The notes under the pieces: model-generated
Seen by the model: the letters and a program-made list of their open reading frames with translations, nothing else
What the model was told of the DNA's origin: nothing
The model's database searches: none
Made by a program: the position numbers and the translations under genes
DNA from: a virus
Direction: 5' to 3' (one strand)
IMG/VR virus record: IMGVR_UViG_3300043811_000032
Span: 34,692-98,691 of that record
Length of the DNA stretch: 64,000 bases
Part shown: one piece after another, positions 55,629 through 64,000 of the stretch
How the letters are laid out: every line of letters starts with the position of its first letter
Numbering within the stretch: position 1 is the stretch's first letter

Positions 55629-55930
55629 TTGAGCTTGATCCCCAGCTTCTTCGCGGCGATCTGTAGAGCAGGTCGAGCCTTCATGTTCTTGGTGCCGTAG
55701 ATCAAAAACTTACTGTGGGCAGCGTAGAACCGTACCAACGCACCATTGACCGTGCGGATCACGTGGACGCCACTGACGAACCGGCCACTGCGCCTGTGTG
55801 GAGGTCTGCCCGGTCTGCTGGCCGGTGGGTACGGCTCGCTGGAGATGCTCTTGATCTCCTTGGCGAGCTTGTCGGCCATCGTCACGCCACGCTTGCGGAC
55901 GTACTTCTCGAAGAACTGGTTCAGGTTCAC
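55625..55930 (-). CDS. HK97 gp10-like neck protein
   Basis: SRPGRPP..RSG, LIYGTKNMKARP. Confidence 0.75.
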   Translation of the reverse strand: MNLNQFFEKYVRKRGVTMADKLAKEIKSISSEPYPPASRPGRPPHRRSGRFVSGVHVIRTVNGALVRFYAAHSKFLIYGTKNMKARPALQIAAKKLGIKLK

Positions 55931-56592
55931 GCGCTTACCTCGTTCGACTTGGCTGTCCCATACTGGTTCTGAGCGTATACCACGTAGAAGTTCGGGCCGG
56001 GCAATGGTGCCACGATGTCGTTGTAAGTTCCAACCCCAGCTCCCACCGTTGCTAGGTACGCCTCAGCCCCGCTAGCCGTACCACGCCAAACGTTGTACCA
56101 AGCAACTCCAAACCGAGTGCCCCAAGTCAACGTCACGTTCGGGGTAGCACCGGACACGACCACTGACGGTGGGGATGGGGCGGACCCGAGTGGAGGCAGC
56201 AGCGGCTTGGAAGGCAACTGGTCAGTGAACGTGCTCGGGATGACCTGGCTCGTGTCCTCCTGCACTGGGTAGGCCCAGAACGTGCTGAGTCCACCGTCGC
56301 TATAGCTCTTGTTGCGTGGACCTATGACGCGGAACAACCGGTTGTCCTGATCGTTGAACAGGAACATGCCGTTGTCGATGTCGCCGTCGTAGGTGTAGCA
56401 GGCATACTCGCCGGAGATGCCCTGTGTGCCCCATGCCGCTTCCTGCTTGAACGACGGACGCGACAACCGAGCGGCAATCCAGCGCACGCCGGTCAGGTTG
56501 TGGACAGCCATGCCCATCGCATCAGCTTGGTACTGGAATTTCTGCGTCATCACGCAGAGCAGCGGTTGGGTGTCAGCATCGAGTAGCGGCAT
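55927..56592 (-). CDS. Head closure protein with C-terminal FN3/Ig-like domain
   Basis: VTLTW...YNVWRGTASGAE...TYND...YVVYAQN.YG...SNEVSA. Confidence 0.6.
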   Translation of the reverse strand: MPLLDADTQPLLCVMTQKFQYQADAMGMAVHNLTGVRWIAARLSRPSFKQEAAWGTQGISGEYACYTYDGDIDNGMFLFNDQDNRLFRVIGPRNKSYSDGGLSTFWAYPVQEDTSQVIPSTFTDQLPSKPLLPPLGSAPSPPSVVVSGATPNVTLTWGTRFGVAWYNVWRGTASGAEAYLATVGAGVGTYNDIVAPLPGPNFYVVYAQNQYGTAKSNEVSA

Positions 56593-57530
56593 CAGAGTGC
56601 AATCCCTACTGCCAGATCACGGTAGCCGGCTAGCAGCTCGCGGATGCCTCCCCACTGGCGCTCGCGGAAGTTGAGCCCATACCCGTAGTCGCCCAAGTTC
56701 TCGTTCCCCACCTGCCCGCCGTAGGGCACCATCGTCCGCATCATGCCGCACGCCTCAGCGATGGCCAACTTGACGTCGTAGGGGATGCAATCGAACGTGC
56801 CGCCGGTGCTCGGGCCGTAGTTGGTCGCACTGTTGAACGTGATCGACTGGTTGTTGCTGCCGACGCTCACCACTGCCCAGTCGCCATTCCAGCCCACCGC
56901 GTCGTTCGTGATGGCGAAGGGCTCGGCCGGGAACACCACCACCGTACCGGGGAACGTCATCGTAGCCACGCCGTTAGCCCACGTGATGCTGCTGTAGAGC
57001 GTGGGGGGTTGGAAGCCGTAGTCGTACTGGACCTTGACGTTCCCGGCGCCGGCTGGCCACACCGGACCCTTGCTGTAGCTCAGTCCCTGGTTGCTAGACG
57101 GCGACATCCACTGGCTCGGCCATAGGAACAGGTTGTCCCTCATCCGTCGCAGGATGGCGCTCTTGCACAGCCCCGTCTGCTCCCACACCATCGAGTAGTC
57201 CACGCCGTTGGTCAGGAGCGTCTGCGGTCCGAACGGAGTGTAGTTGCTGTTGTTCTGCCCATAGGCGGCGAGCGGATCCCACCAGACGTTGATGACGTTG
57301 GTGATCCAGTTCTTCCGCAGGACGATGTCGCCGTAGTTCTTGCCGTCATAGTACTCAAAGAAGTTGCCCTGACCGAACCCCTCATTGGCAGTCAGGCCCC
57401 ACTTGAGCCAGCGCACCACCGCCCGCTCGACGAAGCTGCGCAGACGATCTATCTGCTGGTAAAGGGCACTACCGGGCTGGGCATTGCTCTTCATCGCAAT
57501 CAGGACATCTTGGGTCGTCATAAGACTCAT
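56592..57530 (-). CDS. Head-tail adaptor (gp6/gp15-like) with inserted beta domain
   Basis: EYYDG, GNVKVQYDYGF...IPYDVKLA, ENLGDYGY, ELLAGYR. Confidence 0.7.
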   Translation of the reverse strand: MSLMTTQDVLIAMKSNAQPGSALYQQIDRLRSFVERAVVRWLKWGLTANEGFGQGNFFEYYDGKNYGDIVLRKNWITNVINVWWDPLAAYGQNNSNYTPFGPQTLLTNGVDYSMVWEQTGLCKSAILRRMRDNLFLWPSQWMSPSSNQGLSYSKGPVWPAGAGNVKVQYDYGFQPPTLYSSITWANGVATMTFPGTVVVFPAEPFAITNDAVGWNGDWAVVSVGSNNQSITFNSATNYGPSTGGTFDCIPYDVKLAIAEACGMMRTMVPYGGQVGNENLGDYGYGLNFRERQWGGIRELLAGYRDLAVGIAL

Positions 57531-58774
57531 AGCAACTTCCCGTTCTCGATTCGACCACACCAGCCGCAGCCGCCCTCGATGGCGATGGCCGGCGACAGCG
57601 TCAGGTCCTCGATCCCCGTTCCCCTCGGCTCCCAGCAGCCCGGTCGTACCTTGCCGTGGAGCCCGCCCACCCACTGGCCGTTCTGCCCCGGAATGAACCA
57701 GCAGATGATCGGATGCCGCAGGTCCCCCTTACACTTGGGGCAGTCGAACATCACACCTTCGGCTTTGGTCAGTGACTGATGTCCTTGGATCGCGTTGGCG
57801 GGCAGGCGGGTCACGAACCTGCCGTTAAGCTTGTCCAGCGGCAGTGGCTCCTGCCCGATGATGTCCCTCGACCCCGCCCAACCGTGGTCGAACTTCTCGC
57901 CGCCCCACGCGCTATCGTTGCCGAACTTCTGTACTCCGTAGTGGTAAGTACGAACCTTGCTGGTGGCACCGACCCGCAGTCCCATCCGCGCCATCCAGCG
58001 GCCGAAGTTCCAGTCCTCGGGTACGCAGCTGCACTTCCGCGGCGTCTTCGCCTTGCTCAGCTCCGTGTGGTCGGGGTAGTGCGGCTTCTCCATAAACATC
58101 GGCCGCGGCGGTAGCCACCGGTCGTCGTGCCACTCGTAGAACTGGTCGCGGATCTCGAAGCCGGGAAACTCCCAGCACCAGTCCGCCATCTTGATCAGCA
58201 GGCACCCCGTGTTCGGCAGCAGGCACAGGTCGCACTGCCACCTCGGCTCGGGATGGGCCAGCAGCTTCTCGAAGCAGTTGCCTTGCTTCCACTCCAGGAA
58301 CTGCAGGCACTCCTCGACGCCGAACGTAAGCGGCAGCTGGTCCACCTCGGTCATCGTTAGCTTCCGCGCCTCGGTCCAGCGGTTGGATATCTGACCGACC
58401 GCCGTGCTGGTCATGCCACGATTGTCCTTGATCGCCACCACGCAACCCAACGCCGCGTACTTGTGTAACTCCAGCTCCTCGACCATCAGGTGCATGAAAT
58501 TGTCATTCGGCTCAACGTCGCTGGCGATCAGCAGGAAGTAGTCGTAAGGCCCTCCGTTCGCCTCGTTCGGGTCGGCCGTCGCATTGACGAACCCCTGCCA
58601 GCCGAGGTTGAAGCTATTCGCCAGCAGCGACTGCCCGGTGCGGTGGTCGAAGTTGATGAAGTAGTCGGCCCAGTGCTCAGCGTCAGCTCGCTTGTACTGG
58701 ACCGCTGTCAGCATGTTATCATTGTGATGCGTGTACGCGGGCGAGTGGACGTAGATGCGCTTCTGCTTCTTCAT
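57527..58774 (-). CDS. GT-A glycosyltransferase-like protein, virion-module paralog 1, with C-terminal DUF6527-like Zn domain
   Basis: YDYFLLIASDV, IKD.RG.TSTAVG, LPNTGC, VPEDWNFG; FDCPKC...LTLSPAI...CGWCG.I.NG. Confidence 0.72.
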   Translation of the reverse strand: MKKQKRIYVHSPAYTHHNDNMLTAVQYKRADAEHWADYFINFDHRTGQSLLANSFNLGWQGFVNATADPNEANGGPYDYFLLIASDVEPNDNFMHLMVEELELHKYAALGCVVAIKDNRGMTSTAVGQISNRWTEARKLTMTEVDQLPLTFGVEECLQFLEWKQGNCFEKLLAHPEPRWQCDLCLLPNTGCLLIKMADWCWEFPGFEIRDQFYEWHDDRWLPPRPMFMEKPHYPDHTELSKAKTPRKCSCVPEDWNFGRWMARMGLRVGATSKVRTYHYGVQKFGNDSAWGGEKFDHGWAGSRDIIGQEPLPLDKLNGRFVTRLPANAIQGHQSLTKAEGVMFDCPKCKGDLRHPIICWFIPGQNGQWVGGLHGKVRPGCWEPRGTGIEDLTLSPAIAIEGGCGWCGRIENGKLL

Positions 58775-59118
58775 CGATGCTCTCCTATGGTGATGGTTTC
58801 GACTGGATAGAGTGGACCGAGACCGGCCCGACCTCTTGCCCACTGACAGCCAGTCTGCCCCGGCTCGTAGTCGGCACAGCACTTGGGCTTGTCCATCTGG
58901 ATGCTGCACTGTCCGAACTCGGTCAGCAATCTGCAGGCTCCACTGCCGTCTATCCCGTTCTCATGACCGTTCGGGTACAGATAATTGTCTTCAACTTCGT
59001 TCGGCAGCAGGATCAGGCTCAGTCGTCGCTTGTCCTCCTCGTTCAGGTTGACCCAGTAACCGGCACAGCAGCACGCACCGCACTGGTCGCATTCGTAGAC
59101 GTAGCGTTTGGTCGCCAT
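58771..59118 (-). CDS. YkgJ/FliB-like CxxCxxCC Fe-S cluster protein
   Basis: CDQCGACC...C.LL...CSI..KP.CC.DY. Confidence 0.85.
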   Translation of the reverse strand: MATKRYVYECDQCGACCCAGYWVNLNEEDKRRLSLILLPNEVEDNYLYPNGHENGIDGSGACRLLTEFGQCSIQMDKPKCCADYEPGQTGCQWARGRAGLGPLYPVETITIGEHR

Positions 59119-59199
59119 TGATGCTCTCCGTTTGATGGTAAAGAAAGTCCCGCTTCACCGACGGGATGCGATAGTCCGGTCGACCTGCATGAGTCGATG

Positions 59200-59790
59200 T
59201 CAAGCGTAGACGCGGTTGGTGGCTGGGATGCTATTGTCATCCCCACCGCTGTTGGACTGCGTGGTGCCGCCGGCCGGATGCTGGCGTGCCTCGGATGCCA
59301 TCGGCACGACCGAGAACGTGGCAGGACCGTTGCCGACCACCGCCGCCAGCTGGCAGTAGCGGAACGGCGAACCGGCCGGGTTGCCTGGGACTACCAGCTG
59401 GTCGGCGCGGGCCTCGATGGTCGCTCCCTGCGAGCTGTTGTTGATGGCCACGCTCGTGCCCGTGCCGCTGTTGGTCGCGGCGACGTTGGTGTTGCTGGCG
59501 CCGTTGGCATTGTTCGTCATCTGGAGCTGGAACAGCGTGTTGCCGCTTGCCCCCATGACGCCGCAGGCGATGGCGAACTGGATGCGATTGTACTTGCTCA
59601 TGTCAACCGTGCCGGTGTAGACCGTCGCGTTGGCCTGAGCAGCGGGGTAGATGGGCGTCCCGGCCCAAGTGTGATCTTCCTTGAGCAACTCCGTCTCGTA
59701 GCGAACCCGCGCGGCCCACGGGCGACGGAACCGGGCACGCCTGCCCTGATCCCACTCGACCATCAGCGGGTTGATGAAGTCGGACTTCAC
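59200..59790 (-). CDS. Capsid decoration / head accessory protein
   Basis: After MCP; TGTVDMSKYNRIQF...FRYCQL; Arg-rich N-terminal extension. Confidence 0.6.
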   Translation of the reverse strand: MKSDFINPLMVEWDQGRRARFRRPWAARVRYETELLKEDHTWAGTPIYPAAQANATVYTGTVDMSKYNRIQFAIACGVMGASGNTLFQLQMTNNANGASNTNVAATNSGTGTSVAINNSSQGATIEARADQLVVPGNPAGSPFRYCQLAAVVGNGPATFSVVPMASEARQHPAGGTTQSNSGGDDNSIPATNRVYA

Positions 59791-59945
59791 TTGCCATTCT
59801 CCTTCTTCTTGGATTCGAGTATCTTCCGGCCTGCGACGCTCGCGGCCGGGATCATCTGCTCGCTGCAATAGTTGCACGTCGCCGGCATACCCTTCGGTAT
59901 CGGTCGCTCATGCTTGCAGACTGGGCAGACGTGGGTTGTTGTCAC
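59787..59945 (-). CDS. 52-aa Zn-ribbon protein
   Basis: Translated by hand: CPVC...CNYC; starts right after the MCP stop; GTGA overlap downstream. Confidence 0.55.
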   Translation of the reverse strand: MTTTHVCPVCKHERPIPKGMPATCNYCSEQMIPAASVAGRKILESKKKENGK

Positions 59946-61343
59946 TTACTTGAGGATGACCATCGGGCTGACCTGCCAGCTCTGGTCCGCCAAGGTGATC
60001 GGGGCGTCCTGCCACGGCGTGCCGTCCCAGCGGACGATGACGCGCCACATCATCTGGTTCTGGGTGAACCGAACGTGCGGCGACACCTCGATCTGGATGG
60101 CGAGTCGATCGCCTAGCAGATACTTGCTGTAGTCGGCCAGCACCAGGTCGCCCTGTTGCCCGAGGAACGACGCTTTCTCCGACCAGAAGATCGGCAAGCC
60201 GGTGAGGATGGCCGGGAACTTCTGAGCCAGAGGGCCTTCGTTGCTCTGCTGGTTCGGCGTCGGATTCAACCACGCGAAGAAGTTGCCGCCGGTGCCGGTG
60301 GTCAGCGTCGCGATGGTCGGGATGGTCGACGGGTTGGCGATCCAGCAGGCGTTGTCCCAGCTCTGGGTGTACAGGTGAGCGAGCATCGTGATGATGTCCG
60401 TCACCGTGATCGAGCCGTTGTTCTGCCGCGGGTAGATGTACGAACCCGGAGCGTTGATGACGCCCTGTGGCTCGTTCGCCAGCTTGCCCTGCAGGATGTA
60501 ATAGTCGTAGCTCCAGGCGACCGCTTCCTGGAACAGCGTGGTGAGCAGCGTGTCGAGCGCCACAGCGTTGTCCTGTAGCAACTGGTTGCTCGCCACCGTG
60601 ACGAACGTCAGGTCGCGGGCCACGAGCTCCACTTCGCGGAACACCGGGTCGGACTCGTTGAGCACGACTTGCTCAGGAGTCCAGCTCATCACGATGCCGC
60701 CGAAGAACTGCGACTGACCGCGTGCGAACACGGTCGAGGACTGCTTCAGCGCCGGCACCAGCAGCGAGCGGGACTGCATGGGCAGGACGGTGCAGCGGTC
60801 CCGAACGAACGCCTTCTCGGCCATCAGCCGGAGCAGGTCGGCGTAGAACTGCGTCGGCACGGTGTAGCCACCGCTGAAGCCGGCGCCTTCCGCCAGACTC
60901 GCCTTCTGTTTGCCCCATGCCTTGTCTACGGGGAGAAACTCGGACTTCGGCCCGTACTGTGGCTTCATCAGCCATTCGCGCGGATCGCCATCTTTGCCTC
61001 GGTCCCACTGATGGCCGAACAGGCCCTTGGTTCGTTCATCGGCGGCCACCATCGCCCGCCAGCTCTTGTCAAGCCGGCTTCGACGACGACCGCTTCGCCC
61101 GGTGTCCAGGCTGGGCATGTCTAGCACGCCCAGAGTGTCGGCGCCGTCCACGCCGACGATGACATTGCGATTGCCTCGGCCGTCGCCGAAGACCTTCTCG
61201 ACGACGCCACCAGGCAGGAACTGCCCAGGACGCGTCTCCCCTCGCGGGTTCGAGATGACACCTTCCATCTTCGTGACACGGCTGACCATGTCGGAGATGG
61301 AGTTCGCCATCTGGCTCAGCAGAGCCTTTTCCTTCGTTTCCAA
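59946..61343 (-). CDS. Major capsid protein (HK97 fold)
   Basis: KASLAEG..SGGYTVP, SNQLLQD, EPQGVINA, GDLVLADYSKY, R.DG.P; GGAGGAG RBS. Confidence 0.95.
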   Translation of the reverse strand: METKEKALLSQMANSISDMVSRVTKMEGVISNPRGETRPGQFLPGGVVEKVFGDGRGNRNVIVGVDGADTLGVLDMPSLDTGRSGRRRSRLDKSWRAMVAADERTKGLFGHQWDRGKDGDPREWLMKPQYGPKSEFLPVDKAWGKQKASLAEGAGFSGGYTVPTQFYADLLRLMAEKAFVRDRCTVLPMQSRSLLVPALKQSSTVFARGQSQFFGGIVMSWTPEQVVLNESDPVFREVELVARDLTFVTVASNQLLQDNAVALDTLLTTLFQEAVAWSYDYYILQGKLANEPQGVINAPGSYIYPRQNNGSITVTDIITMLAHLYTQSWDNACWIANPSTIPTIATLTTGTGGNFFAWLNPTPNQQSNEGPLAQKFPAILTGLPIFWSEKASFLGQQGDLVLADYSKYLLGDRLAIQIEVSPHVRFTQNQMMWRVIVRWDGTPWQDAPITLADQSWQVSPMVILK

Positions 61344-61411
61344 CTGACACTCCTCCTAATAAGAGAACTGAACCGACACGGTCGCTGGTGCTGAGCCACT
61401 GATGGATTGAG

Positions 61412-62290
61412 TTACTTGATTGCGAGCTTGGCGGGGTATTTCCGGCAGACCGGGCATGCCTCGTAGTTCACTGTTTGCGTCTCGTTGCGTAGCCGCCGCT
61501 CGTCGGCGAAAATCTGCCGCGGCTTGCCTACACCGCCCGGCACGTCGTACGTCTTGGGGATGTTGGAGCCAACCCTCGGAGCGTTGTTGGCCTTCTCCGC
61601 TGCCGGCAGCATGTTTTGAATTTGCTCCTCGGTCCACTTGGGCTCCTCGCGTCGGATCACGGGCGTCGGACCGACTGACAGGTTCAGCTCATGCCGCACC
61701 GCCGTATGCTCATCGCAGCGCCCCTGCTCGCGGACCTTGACCAGCCCGCCCGCCTCCTTGATCGCCAGCAGACGGTCGAGTTCCTCCTCGGCCTTGCGCA
61801 GGTGCTCGACCGCCTCCGCCTGCGGATCGCGGTAGTCGCCGTCCCTGACCTTGGCCTGTCCACCACTGTCCTGGTGGCCGTCGTGGAGCAGTTCGTTCCC
61901 CTTCGGCATCCGCTTCAGGGTCTCGGAAGCGATCCACCGCCGCTCGGCCAGCACCTTCGCCTCGGCATCCTCGATCATGCCGGCGACACGGGCCATCGGC
62001 TCGGATGGGATCTCGTTGCCTGTCGGACCGCGGTAGTACTTCCACGACTGCCCCAGATGCACGCCCTCGGGGATCGGTCCCATGCACCGGCTGAGCGGCT
62101 CCAGCCACACGTTAGGCTCGGGCTGGGTCCAACCGCGATGCATCAGGAACAGCTCCGGCGCCTGCGGCCAGTCCTCCATCGGTCGTTGGCAGGCCCAGCA
62201 CTTTGGGTGCTCCGGTGCCACCAGCCCACAGTGACCGCACTGCTCCTTTGGTGCGAGCTTGGGGTGCTCGCTGCACTTGATCGTCGTCAT
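61412..62290 (-). CDS. Hypothetical protein with Zn-finger motifs
   Basis: CGHC, CWAC, CPVC; ATGA coupling. Confidence 0.55.
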   Translation of the reverse strand: MTTIKCSEHPKLAPKEQCGHCGLVAPEHPKCWACQRPMEDWPQAPELFLMHRGWTQPEPNVWLEPLSRCMGPIPEGVHLGQSWKYYRGPTGNEIPSEPMARVAGMIEDAEAKVLAERRWIASETLKRMPKGNELLHDGHQDSGGQAKVRDGDYRDPQAEAVEHLRKAEEELDRLLAIKEAGGLVKVREQGRCDEHTAVRHELNLSVGPTPVIRREEPKWTEEQIQNMLPAAEKANNAPRVGSNIPKTYDVPGGVGKPRQIFADERRLRNETQTVNYEACPVCRKYPAKLAIK

Positions 62291-62604
62291 TGCTTTCTCT
62301 CCTTGAAGTCCTTGGCAAGTAACATCTTCGTCTTGCCAAACTCGATGTAACCCTTCCTGTGAACAACGGTGATCTCCTTGCCTTCTAGATCGCTGAGTTG
62401 CCTGAGTAAATCTTTGTAGAAGGGCTGCATATTGTCGAAGGCTAGCGACCACACAGTACCGTCCTTGTCGATCAAATCAAAGTTAGCCTCGTTCTTCTTG
62501 ACCTTACCCTTCGTCTCTACCCATATGACCTTCGGCTTCTCCTTCGGCGGCGGCAGTTGCTCAGGCTCTTGCATCGCTGCTGCTATTACAATTGCTAGAA
62601 ACAT
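62287..62604 (-). CDS. Small protein with hydrophobic N-terminus
   Basis: MFLAIVIAAA followed by a Pro-rich linker. Confidence 0.55.
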   Translation of the reverse strand: MFLAIVIAAAMQEPEQLPPPKEKPKVIWVETKGKVKKNEANFDLIDKDGTVWSLAFDNMQPFYKDLLRQLSDLEGKEITVVHRKGYIEFGKTKMLLAKDFKERKQ

Positions 62605-62606
62605 AG

Positions 62607-64000
62607 TTAGATCCTCATTGCTGTTTGTTGGTAAACCTTCTTGCCGAAGCCGTCGATAGCCTTGGCCGCAGCGTCGAGCTGCTTCTGCAAGTCTTTGAGC
62701 GCCTTGTCGTCGGCGTCATCGTCGTCCGCCTTGGTCAGCAGCTTGTTGCCACGCTTCTGGACCTTGTCGTCATCGTCGTCCGCCTTCAATTCCATCGTGC
62801 CGCCACCCGTAGGGCTGCCCTCCAGGTTGCTGATGGTGGACTGCGGCTTCAGGTCCATCGTGCCGGCGTCCTTCTGCAGCGACTTCGACAGCGCCTCGCT
62901 GGCCGCGTCGTAGCTCGGATACGGCCCGTCGACGCACTGCCCCGTGCTGGTGTTCCAGGTCTCGAACTGACCGTCAGGGGTCGCCCGCACCTGCACGCCC
63001 TGCGTGGTGCCGAGTGGCAGTGGGCTCTCGACCGCGGCGTTGGTCATCATGCTGCCATCGGCCTTCCGCACCAGCCGCTTGACACACTTCTTGCACAGCC
63101 AGCCCTTGCGGCACTTGGGACTCTTGCCGCAGCCACCAGGGAACTTCTTCGAAAGCTTCTTGTCGCCCCGCGCGCAGCAGGCACCGAGCATGCCCCGCTC
63201 GACCGAGGTCAGCTCGCCGTTGTCGTCCTTGAGCTTGGCACAGGCGGCGCCAGGGCTCATGTTCTCGGGAGCAGCCTTGCTGACCCACTTGACGATGAAC
63301 TTCGATGCTCGCTTGGCAATGGTTCGCTGCAGCTTCGGTGCGTGGCTCTTGGCGACCTTCGCGGCGACGTGCTTGGCGTATGCCTTAAGTTCCTTGCGTG
63401 GGAACGCTTTGCCGGGGTTGCTGTTCGGCAGCTTGCCCTGCGGCACGGTGCTCAGATCGTTGCCCGGCTTGTCGGGGCTGGCGTTGCTGCCGATGGCCAG
63501 CGACATGTCCGGCGAGTTGCTGCCTGGCACGTCATCCTGCGGCACGATGGAGTCGGAGGTCTTGTCCTTCTTGTCATCGTCGTCCGCCTTCCGTGCGGGA
63601 GCAGGTGGCGGCTGGGCCATGAAGCCCTTGAGGTCGAGGTCGTCCGCCGCTTTCATGAACGCTTCGTCGACCGCGTCCTCTACATCCTTCTGCTCCTCGC
63701 CTGTCAGGTCGGCGTTCTTGAGCGCGGGCAGGCCCTTGACCATGCCGACCAGGTTGCCGTACCAGTTGGTCAGCTTCGCCTGCATGTCGCCCCACGCGGT
63801 GATCTTCGACGGCAGGCCCCAGTCAGCCGACTTCTTGATCGTCTTCAGCTCCTTCGCCTTGACCTCCTCCTCGTCGCCGTTGACCTTGACCACGCGGGCG
63901 ATTTTGCCTTCGACCGACTTGACGACGCACAGGTTGCCCCGCTTGGTGCGGACGAGTTTGCCGGCGGCGACGGACTTCTTCTTGTCCTTGTCGTCATCGT
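62607..64000 (-). CDS. Prohead protease/scaffold C-terminal region (partial; continues beyond the window)
   Basis: Frame open to the window edge; Lys/Asp-rich with repeated KADDDD; C-terminal coiled coil; upstream of MCP. Confidence 0.55.
   Translation of the reverse strand, partial: DDDKDKKKSVAAGKLVRTKRGNLCVVKSVEGKIARVVKVNGDEEEVKAKELKTIKKSADWGLPSKITAWGDMQAKLTNWYGNLVGMVKGLPALKNADLTGEEQKDVEDAVDEAFMKAADDLDLKGFMAQPPPAPARKADDDDKKDKTSDSIVPQDDVPGSNSPDMSLAIGSNASPDKPGNDLSTVPQGKLPNSNPGKAFPRKELKAYAKHVAAKVAKSHAPKLQRTIAKRASKFIVKWVSKAAPENMSPGAACAKLKDDNGELTSVERGMLGACCARGDKKLSKKFPGGCGKSPKCRKGWLCKKCVKRLVRKADGSMMTNAAVESPLPLGTTQGVQVRATPDGQFETWNTSTGQCVDGPYPSYDAASEALSKSLQKDAGTMDLKPQSTISNLEGSPTGGGTMELKADDDDDKVQKRGNKLLTKADDDDADDKALKDLQKQLDAAAKAIDGFGKKVYQQTAMRI

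Larger units (their letters stand above)
1..64000. mobile_element. Tailed dsDNA bacteriophage genome segment (siphovirus-like), probable Planctomycetota host
   Basis: Terminase, HK97-type capsid, head-tail and tail genes, PolA/primase replication module, dense coupled small ORFs, no host core genes. Confidence 0.95.

Noticed and set aside
1-64000. tRNA, rRNA, integrase/att sites, endolysin/holin, portal
   Set aside because: None recognisable by eye; they may lie outside the window or be too divergent

Overview
The window is a 64-kb piece of a tailed dsDNA phage genome (HK97-fold capsid, siphovirus-like tail genes). No host housekeeping genes, integrase, lysis genes, tRNA, rRNA or CRISPR array were recognised. 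The host is probably a planctomycete (Gemmataceae-like), judged from a DUF1559 prepilin-type gene, TIGR02996-like proteins and CsrA. Layout: (1) 1-12 kb, minus strand: an NDP-sugar tailoring cluster directly downstream of a split terminase. It has an HddA-like kinase, a Cj1427-like 4-dehydrogenase, a ColD-type 3-dehydratase, an Fcl-like reductase, a TPP E1 alpha/beta pair, a B12 radical SAM enzyme, a methyltransferase and two glycosyltransferases. (2) 16-37.6 kb, mostly minus: replication and DNA-modification genes, including an intein-bearing methylase and primase-helicase, a dUMP hydroxymethylase-like TS, an HD hydrolase, a radical SAM enzyme, a TAGT/base-J-type glycosyltransferase, two tandem 5-hmdU-kinase-family genes, PolA, SSB, a Sak4-like ATPase, an exonuclease, UDG, RuvC and RNase H. 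(3) A structured non-coding divergence region. (4) 38.4-46 kb, plus: early genes (ParB-like, UvrD, CsrA-Zn) and a pilin-like moron. (5) 44.7-64 kb, minus: head and tail genes with three paralogous glycosyltransferases and an Fe-S protein interleaved. Best candidates for new biology: a self-contained virion glycosylation system, a glyco-/phospho-hmU DNA hypermodification module, hydrophobic leaders on virion proteins, and pseudoknot leaders on HNH genes. All family assignments come from motif recognition by eye; no database search was run. Several start sites were adjusted from the ORF track using RBS and start/stop overlaps.
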